64,000 nucleotides of DNA from Octopus sinensis (taxonomy: Eukaryota), in contig NC_043006.1 of assembly GCF_006345805.1 (NCBI RefSeq), positions 62,000,001 through 62,064,000 on the forward strand. Reading direction: 5' to 3'. The position numbers and the translations under genes are program-made. Under the pieces are notes generated by a model. The model saw nothing but the letters and a program-made list of their open reading frames with translations. It searched no databases and had not been told where the DNA came from. Each line of letters starts with the position of its first letter. The stretch's first letter is position 1. Positions 1 to 12,253 of the stretch are shown one piece after another.

Positions 1-562
1 ATTGTGAAGCCAATTCTGGCTATATTTGAAACTTTCATTTTTACAAGCGTTCAGAGGATCTCAGTGTTCTTATAGTGAATGCGAACATAACCTTTACATT
101 CACGGTTCTAATTTCACCGAAGAAAATATTGCATTTCTGTTTTTCATGTTCAATAAACTAATTGAAATACAATTATTTCTTTCGATGCAACTAAATAGAC
201 AAAAAAATAGGGCAGTACATTGAAAGAAATCAATGTACTTCTGTGTCAAATGCATTCTATCTTTATGCAGAATCTCATTTTTTGTCTTTTAAGGAATAAT
301 ATAACTTAGTGATTTATATAACATAGCATACTTTATTGTCTACACGCAACAAAAAAAAAAACGAAAAAAAAAACAAATATAGATGGAATTAAATGGAAAT
401 AATTCATTATGGATATTCTCATATGATATCTGTACAAATTTGAGTAGGACTCATTCGAATGGCATGACTCAGTGTTTTATATGTAATACAATTGAATGTA
501 TTTGTACACGCAACATATATATGTATGTATGTCTGATGTATACAATTATGTAAAGTTTTCAT

Positions 563-636
<74 letters not shown>

Positions 637-735
637 CTTCCGACATATATTTCTAAGAAAATATTATAATATTCATGAGGGAATAAAATGATGTAAAACA
701 ATGTAATCATCTCGTCAGGAAAACTGCTAGTCCCT
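637..735 (-). ncRNA. Decayed hammerhead-like motif in a module next to a (TA)n tract
   Basis: Minus strand: TTTTC-CTGACGA (712-718) ... GAAA-TATAT-GTC-GGAAG (653-637). Core and possible stem I are present; stem II is not convincingly paired. Confidence 0.3.
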
Positions 736-1874
736 TGATATTTTCACATGTCATTCCCATTTCTAATAATGTTTATATTTTACGTCTAATTATTTCTTTG
801 TATAACGGTGCTCACTTGCTTGGCAAATGTTGCTTTAATTATTTTAACATCACAGTAGTCCAACAACAGAGGGAGAAGCATTTTGTCAAGTTTTACTTTA
901 CCCTCAATGCCACATAGAGATTTCAGTTTAGGCGTCCATCTGTAATCTTTGCAGTGTGTGTGAAGGAGACCGAGAGAACATTGCAAGCAATGAATGAAGT
1001 AAACATGAAATGAAAAAAATCGTATAGATAAAAGGCCATTACACACATGTAGACACACCCGAATTTGTTGCCTCCATAACATGCAGAAAAATGAATACTC
1101 TTTAACAAAAGTTTCTACAAATACTGCTCAAATGTTGTGGCTTCAGAGTATATAGGGATTTATACGAAAGAAGTTTTGCGAGAGGGTGGAGAGTGGAATT
1201 TCAGAAAATTCACGCGATCTGACTTTTTTCCCCTTATAACTTTCAGGAAGGTGGATATCTTTTAATGAAAATTTATACAAATCCTTTTCAAACGGCATAG
1301 AATACGATTATAAAGAAATATGTGGGGAAAATCTTTTCGGGGATTTTCCCTAATTTTTTTCAACCATAGCTTTTGAAAGATGGGACTGGTGGTTATCCTT
1401 GTAAAAAAAGGCTTTGTCGGCTCTCTATCACTCATCATTTTAAGCAATCAACAACTATATGAATCTTCGAGGACAGTTGTTCCCATAAATACCAAAATGA
1501 AATTTTGGATTTAAGGAGGTACACAAACAGGACTGTGAACCCATTCAAGGAAACTGAACGAAAACAAACATGGAAGCTCGTCAGACCAGAACGAGGGGAA
1601 ATAGTGAACGGTGACAGAAATATTTTCTTTTAAGAGAGAAAAGATAGAAGAGATTGGAGATGTCCATTCCTTTGAACGTCCATGCAGGAGAAGAACGATT
1701 GTCACGTGCGAGCAACGAAATAGAAAAAGAGAAAGAAGGGGTGAGAGATAAAGACAGATAGAAAACGGTGAAGGGAGAAAAGGGAAATTAGATAGGATGA
1801 GTAGAGTCGTATCAAAAAGGTTAAGATAAGCTTACTTGGAAATGGATGCGTAGCATTCAATTAAATAAAAATAA

Positions 1875-1911
1875 TATGAATATATATTATATGTATGTAT
1901 ATATATATATA

Positions 1912-1963
<52 letters not shown>

Positions 1964-1985
1964 ATAATATATATATATATATATC
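1875..1985. repeat. (TA)n microsatellite
   Basis: Directly visible. Confidence 0.95.
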
Positions 1986-2084
1986 CGTAATAATGAAGGG
2001 TGAAATTAATTAATTTGGAATAATTATCAATTACACCAAGTAGTCTTCGGCATGTAAAAGCCTCATTCGAGGAAAATTTAAGTA

Positions 2085-2372
<288 letters not shown>

Positions 2373-3713
2373 ACAAAATTAAGAGGAATTACCACTAAAG
2401 TGGATACTTAATATGCTAAACATAAACGTCAAATCATCATATATATAAGGTAAGTTAATATAGCAGTGATAGTGAATTTGAACTGCAGTGATTAATGGCG
2501 TTCTACTCGTTTATTATTTACTAATATTTATTAGCATAGAATGTTGGTATCTCTGTGTAATATATCTTAACAATGAAGATGACTATTATGTAGGATTGAT
2601 TGATATTAAACAGAAAAATCTATTCGTTTACCGATTGCTGAGGATTTTGAGATATGTCGGTTAATAATATACCTGCAGCAGTTAAAATATATGCAAAATA
2701 AAATTTTGTAATTGATTATGCTGTAGTATATGATATAAAGTGATTGAAAACGTAGCATTTAATAATTTTTGCATGATGTGCACAAATTGTAGTTCGAAAA
2801 TTGTAATTCTAATCTATTTGCCGCACGTGGGTGGAACTGATTTAGAATCAAACTTCTATTGTTAGAAAATAAGTGTTTCATTATGTATAGCCGGTAAGAG
2901 TTAACGAATTATATGGTACCCGCAAAATCGGTATTACTCATGGGAAGATTAATTTCTTCGATGAATTTCTGATAGTTTCATATTATTGATATATTTGACA
3001 AACGTTTTTATTAATACACGTACACACACACACACACACATATCAGTTTCGCACTCTATTATGTTGTTAATGGAATATCTTTGTCAATATGCGTAGATTG
3101 ATTAATTTATGATACGATAGCATTCTAAACGCTAAATATTTGCATACATATTTTATTTGTATCGATGGCAAGCTCAGCTTTATTATACACATATAACGTA
3201 CAATATCATACTCAGAAAGTCCGAGCATTTTTCATCTTTGAGGAATATGTTACGAACAATATGTGTGCTGGTCTGTTCCATAGCAGCCTTCATAAAACAT
3301 TGATGGGTTATCTTTGTAAATTCGCCTTATGATGCATATCTAGTACATGAATCTTTGTCTCTGATATCGAAAACGACCTATTAGGGATTATTATAACTTA
3401 TTGAATGAGTTAGATTCAAAAGGATTCAGCAGACACATTATGCTTACTTTAGGTCTCAAAGCTGGAAAGCTATATTAAAGTTACAGTACACATGACTGCC
3501 TTCACATTATTTGCGACGACTGAATATTATATGCAAAAAGCGGGTCGATAAATACTGTTGTGAAAGACATTTGCGTATGATGCTATGATGGGTGAATGCA
3601 TCCGATTGAAGACTTCATGATCCAAATGCTAATTTCTTATCAATGCTGTCACACTCCTATGTGTGTGTGTGTGTGTGAGTGTGCGTGTGTGTGTGTGTGC
3701 GTGCGTGTGCGTG

Positions 3714-3970
3714 TGAAGGTGCATGACCTAGGGGTTAGGGCCTTCGGCTCAAGATCGTAAGGTCATGAGTTCAATTCCCGGCGACGCGTTGTAACCTTGA
3801 GCAAGACTCTATTTCACGTTGTTCCATCCACTCAGCTGGCAAAAATGAGCAGTACATGTATTTCAAAGACCAGGTGTCTGTGGAGTGCTCAGTCTATTGC
3901 ACGTTAATTTCACGAGCACGCTGTTCGTTTCAAATGGAAAACTCCTCGTCGTAACCGACGGAATGCTCCT
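3714..3970 (+). mobile_element. tRNA-derived SINE (decayed)
   Basis: A-box-like GACCTAGGGGTTAGG and B-box GAGTTCAATTCCC, followed by CCTTGAGCAAG; flanked by CA/TA microsatellites. Confidence 0.75.
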
Positions 3971-3976
3971 TCTTAT

Positions 3977-4053
<77 letters not shown>

Positions 4054-4074
4054 TATATATATATATATGTATAT

Positions 4075-4145
<71 letters not shown>

Positions 4146-4158
4146 ATATATATATATT

Positions 4159-4362
4159 ACGGAGATGTACTTGCATAGCGAGTGATTTGATCTGAGATCG
4201 TGTGCAGGAACGAAAACAATTGCAGCATGGAAGGTGTTTGTAAGCCATTTAAGAAAAACACAAAAGCCGTTCGATTCACTTCAACATTTAAGTTTAATTT
4301 GTCAAAATATTTTCGTCGCTATAAGACCGCGACCTGTTCACTGACAAAACTCTGTGCTGCTG
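4159..4362. mobile_element. Short module bracketed by (TA)n tracts, probably a non-autonomous retroelement fragment
   Basis: About 200 bp of complex sequence with sharp (TA)n borders on both sides. Confidence 0.4.
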
Positions 4363-4391
4363 TATATATATATATATATATATATTATATA

Positions 4392-5160
4392 TGAAAAATT
4401 ATAAAGAAGCGAAGGACCTACGGAGTATGTCTACATGTTGGAAATAATAGAAAAAAATTACTCTTAATTAAAATCTCCAAAATACACTGATAATAAATAC
4501 AGAAATCAACCGTCACGCTGAATCGTGAGCTGCAACTGATTAGTTTTGCGTCGAATCAGCAATATAATTGAATCAATGATATTGGCGATTACAGCCCCCC
4601 CCCCAAGGCATTAAATAGGTGAAGGATTAAAATTAATTAAAGGACATGCTAACTTTGTCTACTTCCTAATAATTTTTATAAAATTTTTACCTAGATGATA
4701 ATTGAGACAATGATATCTTCGCAAATTATTTTTCTCGTGAATTATTTGCTCCGTATTGAAATTATTTTCACACTGGTGGCTGCCATGATTCAGCGCAAAA
4801 CGAATCAGTTGAAGCTCAGACATCACCTGACAGGTTGGGACTCTCTATGATGGTAACGCGTGCTGATGGAGGTGGGGCTGTTATGCCAGTCCATAAATCG
4901 GTCCACGGGAGTCCAAATATTTGAATATATCCTTAGAGATTGTCATAGCCCATTTGCCAACGGATGGTTGTTATTATCAGTGTATTTTGGGGATTTAAAT
5001 AAGAGTACTTATTATTACTTAGTATGTTCTCTGATTAATTTTAATCCTTCAGGTACTTAATGTTTTTTTTTTTGTGGTGTTATTGATTCTGTTATTATCA
5101 TTTTAAACTTGTTACACTAAATAATAATAGAGACAATTATATATTCGCAAATTATTTATA
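4392..5160. mobile_element. (TA)n-bracketed module with internal inverted and direct repeats (Penelope pLTR-like architecture)
   Basis: About 4465-4517 is an imperfect reverse complement of about 4962-5007 (TTATTATCAGTGTATTTTGG core); the direct repeat GAGACAAT...TTCGCAAATTATTT occurs near 4705 and 5128. Confidence 0.4.
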
Positions 5161-5286
5161 TATATATATATGGGTGGGTGTATTTGTATGTATGTGTATA
5201 TATATGTATACATATATATATATATATGTGTAGGTATGTATATATGTATATATATGTGTGCCTGTGTGTGTATGTATGTATATATG

Positions 5287-5333
<47 letters not shown>

Positions 5334-7326
5334 ATGCATGTATGTATATATGCATGTATGTATGCATGTATGTATGTAGTAAGACAGGCAGATGTACGTT
5401 GCGGAAAATCAGCAAACTTGACAGATAAACATTTTAATTAAAGCAAATGCTTTGAAAATTCAGAACACTCTTACTTTAGAAAACATCATTATAATGTTAA
5501 ATACTTTGATATAGAATATCAACTCGGTGAACATTCTTGAATTCGTAATACAAAATCGCTGTACAAGATAAAACCTTCAATACAGAGCGATTTACGGAAT
5601 TATATCTGCCAAAGAATTCAACGGTTTGCAGATTAGCTCTACATTTATGTGCGTTTGTGATTCAGAAATATATTGCACTTAGATTCTCAGCATTAAGTGT
5701 GGTTTAGGCGTGTTGAATCTGAACAAATTTAATTTGACAGACGTCAGTATGCAAATAAGTGTAACTACATATCTATTAAAGCCAGTTCCAGTATCTTAGC
5801 ATTTCAGTCCATGATTGCAAAGTAAATATTTCTTTGATCCATACATTTTTCGAGGCAATCTAAGTTTATCTAGTTTCAGGAGTAAATAGAATATCATTAG
5901 ATTAAGAATTTATTCCATCATACGTAAAATACTATACTGCAGATTATATACATTTACATGTATTTTATGTATTTATTTTGGATGAATATAAATAGATCTT
6001 AGACAACACGAATACGTGTTATAAAAATTAAACATTTTAAAGATGGAGTCTTCCCGAAATATTAAAGGAAAATCATTAGTATTTTAATTTATTCCCACCT
6101 TTTAAATGTAAGAAAGTATCCACAATTAAAATTTAAATTTGTAATAGATCTATAATTTGTCGAATTGCTGATACATTTTATGAAGAAGATTAAAACGTCG
6201 ATAAGAGTCTGTGAATTACTTATTGTCTTCTTATGGGGTAGTGAGGAATTTTGCGGCGGTCTTAAGGCCGAGTCACAACTTTGGAAAATAATGCTCTAGA
6301 AGCCAAGAGAGACTGACACACTACATTATATGAGACATTATGTATCTAGAAACCAGCCTCGTTAATAAGTATTCATATTTTGATGCGCTTCCATACTACT
6401 CGTCCGTGTTACAATTCGTATGTATAATGTTTAACGTATATTCAGAATGATTTCGACGCTATTATTAACTGAATACTCACCTTTGAAGTTTCTGAATGCT
6501 TAATTGATATATAAAATGTTAGCAACGACATGGAATTGAACAATATCTCATAATACTTTTCACTTCAATATTTTCTGTCAAGTCTTTGCTAATAATAACC
6601 GTTTATTTAGCATTGAGCCAATTTCTGTTATCTTCTGTTTTCATACAAATATCTATTCAGTTTATTCCTTTAGCTATTTTAAATTACGAAGTCAGCCATT
6701 CGTTTGTACTTTATTCAGTAGTTTCAAATATTTTCTTCTTCCTGTATCCCTTTCGATAAATATGAATAGTCTCTGCATTTTAGTTACTTGCCTTTATGGT
6801 ATTTCCTCTTATCGCTATATTCTTAATATTCAATGCCTTCCACTTCTATTTGTTTCTTTCTTCATATCAACAACGTTCTGTATTAATTCATTCTTTCTTT
6901 TAGGTATCTTACAATCAATTTCCATAATCCAACCTTTTGTTGTCACATATTTTCTTTATCTTTAATAGGAAAAATCAATTCTGAAGTGCTTAGAGAGACA
7001 AGACGGGAAGAGTGTGGGTGGAATGAGACAGAAACTGTTCTGGCAACTCAATAGATATGAAGAAACACCGAAAGTTATAAGGATTGTCTGCAATTTGTTT
7101 GCGCTAACCCCTTTCCCATCCTCAGATAATTCTCGAGTATGTGTCTACATGTTTGTTTCTGCTGATCAGACAAGGCATTATCTCCTCTTTTGGATAATGT
7201 CTACGAAGTATAAATCTACATTCCCATTATATCATTATCATGTCAAATCCATGATGCGTGTGTATATATGTATATATATTATTATGTGTGTAAATACACA
7301 CACGCACACACACGCACACACACACG

Positions 7327-7357
<31 letters not shown>

Positions 7358-8229
7358 TATTCACATGTAGCAGTGAGTGAATAATATTCTTAAATTCAAC
7401 TTTTCCTAACTCGCGGAAAATTTGATGCTTTACCACTAATTCAGTGTTAGCTCAATCTTAAATCTGTTTTTTGCACTATGATGAACTAGTGGTAAGCTAC
7501 ATTTTGACATAAAATAATAGGAATGTAGTTCTGTAGAAAAATAAGTCATGATAAAATATATAGGGCCAAAAGTCGTAGAGTAACGCCTGATATTTATTTT
7601 TACCCGCATAATCTCAGTTATTTAAAAAGCAAAGTATAATTTAATCATATATTTTTAAAAGAACTCGATGAGGAGAATATTTTGCTGACGACTTCGTTAA
7701 AAGATATGATAAAAAAAAATTATGCAACTTTAAGTAGCCGAGAACTTGGAAACTAACGCCTAAAATTGAATTTGACTCAAAATATCTCAGGTACTTCAAA
7801 GGCAAACTATATTTTAGTTATATCTTTATAAAATAACCCGATGAGTAGAATCTTTTGGCGAAAACCCTTTAAAAGATATTAAGTGGAAAGCAATGTTAAG
7901 CAGCTTTAATTATTAGATACTTGGTAAGTAAGGCCTAAAACCGAATTTGACTCAAAATATTCCAGGCATTTCGAAAACAAATTATATCATTTTCAGTAAC
8001 CAAAATATTGGTGCAAAAAAGTGCAAGGCCGAATTAGATTCGCCATTAAGCAGTTCAGCTTGCTACTAGTCTAAAGGGTGCTGCACTAGTGGTACTGAGC
8101 CAGTTGTCTGTGGAGGACAGAAGCTGTTATTTTTTACTAGTTAAACTGTTAGAGAAAAGATATGGCACTTTTGGCTGAGTGAAGTGTACAGAGTACGATT
8201 TCAGACCAGTGTAAGCGCTAGAGGAGAAT

Positions 8230-8700
8230 CTCTACAACAGCCTGCCTAGGAATGTTATGCTCTTCTTCTGAAATTGCAGTTTATTAACGCTTTGGGCAGT
8301 GCAGACCTCAAAGTTCAAGTGAAACAAGTACAGCTGAATACCATGCAAGAGGGATTGGTTAAAGCCCTGAAATTTTAGTCGTATGTAAGGTCGAGTACAG
8401 AAAGATTCCAGATAGTCTAATGTTTCGGATTCAAAGCGAGGAAGGAGCAAGTACGTGAAGTAGAAAGAGTTAATGAAAGTTGTTGGTACTGTGAGAAGGT
8501 GGTGTCCATGGGGTGTCGTCTGGACTTCTGCTCCATGAAGTTTGGGTGAAAGGAAGATTAGTCCTTGTGAAATTGGAAAAGTGGATTTATATTGGTGGTG
8601 AAGTGAAAGCGTTCCCGACGACAGTGATTGCACTGAAATCGGAACTATTGCTACAGTGTAGTGTAAAGCACCATACTGACACAAGTGATCATCGTCCAAT
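8230..8700 (+). mobile_element. Ty3/Gypsy-like gag(-protease) remnant
   Basis: Manual translation LQFINALGSADLKVQVKQVQLNTMQEGLVKALKF*SY resembles the Gypsy capsid C-terminus. It is followed by CWYC (8481-8492, decayed zinc knuckle) and YIGGEV (start of a protease-like segment). Stops present. Confidence 0.5.
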
Positions 8701-9149
8701 AGAGCAACCGGCTCGGAGGATGAAGCCAGTGCAGCATAAAAAAATGAAACGTTCTGAAAGAGAAGCCAAATACGGGAATATATCTGCGAAATAAAAAAAA
8801 ATATGTAGAGCCAGAATTACAAAATGATCGTCGAAACTTTGTAGGGGAGACCGAAAGTTTCCGCTAAGTCAAAGAAAACCATGCACAGTGGTTGGAGGAA
8901 TGTAATAGAGAAGTTAAATGTACTTTAGAGGCAAGCAAGCTAATTTCTCTCTTCCCTCAAGTTAAATAATGGGAGATTGTCATCTAATATGAAATATTTT
9001 CCATTCATGCACAAATGGAATTTCTTATATTTTACATTGTACGAAGGTACGGTGGCGATGAATTTGCATTCTAAAGCAAATTCCAAACAAACTACAAATG
9101 ATGGCATGTATTACCTTGGAATTAAAGCTAGTTTAATAGACTTACACAT

Positions 9150-10379
9150 CTAGGCTTCTTATACGTAATCCAGCATTAATATTCTTACACTAAACCTAAG
9201 CGAGTTTAAAATTTTACCTCCGACACATAACTAAATTATATATTAATATACTGCTCCTGAATATAGCCTTCTCATCCCTTTTTATCATATAATATCAGTT
9301 CTATTAACTGTTAACTTAATTTAGACTATAGAGAGCACAAATATCCATTTCCTTACCATTACCCCCACTCCTAAATGGAACCTTGACCTGCCACCTTAAC
9401 AATGAATTATTTGCAACTAACTTTACCTTTTTATACTATTTGATAACTTGTTTCACTTATCTTAATTTCATTCTGGACCTAATTTCGGTCAGCATGGGTC
9501 TATTTCCATTTATTAGTGACCCCCTATTAGATTTTCTCATTTCTATAACTTCCCTCCATCCCGGATAGCAAAAATTAATTTAACACTTTAATATGTACTT
9601 CACACCTCTTTTAGTTAGTATTTGCTTGTATCCTGTATTGCAGTTAGCGTTTTCTACGAGCCATTATTATTTTTAGGCGTATTAATACATGCATGGAAGT
9701 ACAATTGTGGAAGCTCCCATATGTATGCACTCTAGCATGGGTTGATATAATAATAAGGATAATTAAAGCTAGTTAATAAAATTATAATGATAATGATAAT
9801 ATAATAATATATATTTAGTATGATTGACCAGATTTTAGTATGAGCTTGCATCTTTAACAAAAATAATAATTAGCAAGTAATTAATTTGCAATCATGAAAT
9901 TAATTTAAGGATGTATACTTATGCTTATATGACAACTAGGTTGAATGAATTAGGAAATATTTAGCCAATTAATTGTTTGATTGTCTACTCAGTTCACTGC
10001 TTAGATACTGTGGATGTTAGTTCAGAACTTAAACTTTGTATTATAATCTCTCGATTTAGATCACTTCCCTAGTCATTACCTGCTCTTAACCGTAATTATC
10101 ATCTTTATCACCCTCCCTGATTCTTTTCCTACAGCACAAATTCCCTTTATTGTCTACTAATTTCACACTCTTATTTTATAAAGCTTTTGTACCATTCCCA
10201 CCCCGACCACCTTAATTCCTAATTATCCAAATAGATACCTCTCTATATTTAATGATACTGCTGGCATTGTTCATTCATTCGCATTGTACTCTTTTACATA
10301 TTTGTCTTTTTTATATATAATTTCCTAACCGTTTCTGGGCATTTACAACATATACCACTCTTTCATACTTTTATTGTAT

Positions 10380-10400
<21 letters not shown>
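9150..10400 (-). mobile_element. Possible highly decayed LINE (APE-type)
   Basis: Plus strand is C-rich and G-poor; the minus strand near 9345-9380 reads LGVGVMVRKW, like the GGVAILV motif of APE endonucleases. Little else is recognisable. Confidence 0.25.
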
Positions 10401-10410
<10 letters not shown>

Positions 10411-11205
10411 TTATTATTTATATCAACCTGTATAACGGTCTTAATAGTTTATTCTGTTCTTAAATTTCCCTGACCAATTATATTGAACGCTGGACCTTTG
10501 TCAATCCCATTTTGGACAATAGGTGGTTGGACTTTACTATATGTTAGTAAGTACACAATTGAAATTGACTCTTCAGCACTTATTGTGATAAAAACTATTA
10601 ATTAGTACTAGAAACATAATTATTACAATCTATTATGATTACTTCAAAATTTTATGATACCTTCACTCCCTCTTTGGGTAAACCTTTTGGTGCATGCGAT
10701 TATTGTATTTTTTATTTTTCCATTTTTTATTACTTATCTACACTATTACCCCCATAGAAAAAATTAATCCAAGAATTACATAGCTGAGATACAGAAATTT
10801 ATGAAAAACATCTCAAAGTTTTAATAAAGCTATAGTAGTCTATCTATAAAACATAAAACCGTATTTGCGATAAAGGAATCTATCTATGGAACATCACATC
10901 ATAGTTTAAAAAATCTATAAACATCTCAAATTTTATCAAACGTATACACAATATCATAGTTTGAAGTAATAAAAAAGGTTTTACATATATTTGGGGAGCC
11001 GTAAAATAGTCATCCAACCGTGTGAATGCTTATAGCAGCACTGATGACCGAGTTAGAGAGATTATTATTATGATTATCATCATTATTATTATTATCATTC
11101 AGTAGTTTTATTTTTATAGTGTGCTTTCACTTCACTACCGAGCGCAGCTCTGTGTGCCTTGGGTATGTGCTATGATTTGTTGTGATGCTCTGATGGTTAT
11201 TGTAT

Positions 11206-12055
11206 TTAAAGTGTTCTGCGTAGGATGTATGCAGTGCCTAGTAGTGCAATTTTCTGTATGTTATATGTGTTGTAAGTCTGGTTTTTTGTTATGTATTTGT
11301 CTGAATATGTTTTTATCATGCCTAATGCACCTACTATGATAGGAATTGTTTCTGTTTTCAGATTCCACATTCTGGTTACTCTATTTCCAGGTCTTTGATT
11401 TGAAAGTGTCTCCACTTCTTTTAGAGTCACGTTGTCATCTGCTGTTATTGATACATCAGTTAGAAGCATTTTTTTCTTTATGATCTCTGACAACTATATC
11501 TGGTCTGTTGGCCTAATTTCTCTATCTGTGTGTATCGGCATATCCCAGAGTATGGTTGCTTTCTCGTTTTCTGTGGACCGTTTCTGGTGTGTGCCTATAC
11601 CATCTTTTTCTGTTGTTATTCCATAATGTTGGCATAGTTTCCAGTGTATGTAGGTTCCAACTCGTCATGTCTGTGAATATATTCCTTCTTAGCCAGGGAC
11701 TGGGTAGCCAGAGATAATATGATTTATTGTTTCTTGTCCATCTCCACATATTCTGCAGTTACTTGTTATATTTCTTTTCATTACATGTTTTTGGTAATTT
11801 CTGGTGGGGAAGATTTGGTCTTGTGCTGCAATTACAAATCCCTCTGTCTCTGCTTTGAGTCCTGAGCTTCTCAACCATTGCTGGGATTTTTCTTTGTCTA
11901 TTTCTTTTACATTTAGTTTAGTCCAGTATTTACCATGAAGGGGCTTTTCTTGCCATCGTTTTATCATGGTTCTTTGCTGTTTTAGTTTTAGTTTGGATTT
12001 CATTTGTTTTATAGCTTTTGTTCTTTCATGATCATCATCATCATCTTCTTCTTCT

Positions 12056-12090
<35 letters not shown>

Positions 12091-12097
12091 TTCTTCG

Positions 12098-12129
<32 letters not shown>

Positions 12130-12136
12130 TTCTTCG

Positions 12137-12168
<32 letters not shown>

Positions 12169-12222
12169 TTCTTCGTCTTCTTCTTCTTCTTCTTCTTTTC
12201 TTCTTTTCTTCTTCTTCGTCTT

Positions 12223-12253
<31 letters not shown>

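Noticed and set aside
1262-1447. Mariner-like peptide EPTKPFFTRITT
   Set aside because: The resemblance is limited to a few residues; no GDEKW or YSPDL motif and no TIRs.
7760-8000. About 55-bp diverged direct repeat GAATTTGACTCAAAATAT
   Set aside because: Only two decayed copies, with no structure or context suggesting function.
8232-8699. 155-aa minus-strand ORF
   Set aside because: It is antisense to the Gypsy-like gag remnant and has no recognisable motif.
9000-10900. Possible mitochondrial insertion (C-rich strand skew)
   Set aside because: I could not recognise any mitochondrial gene or tRNA; an APE-like motif on the minus strand favours a decayed LINE.
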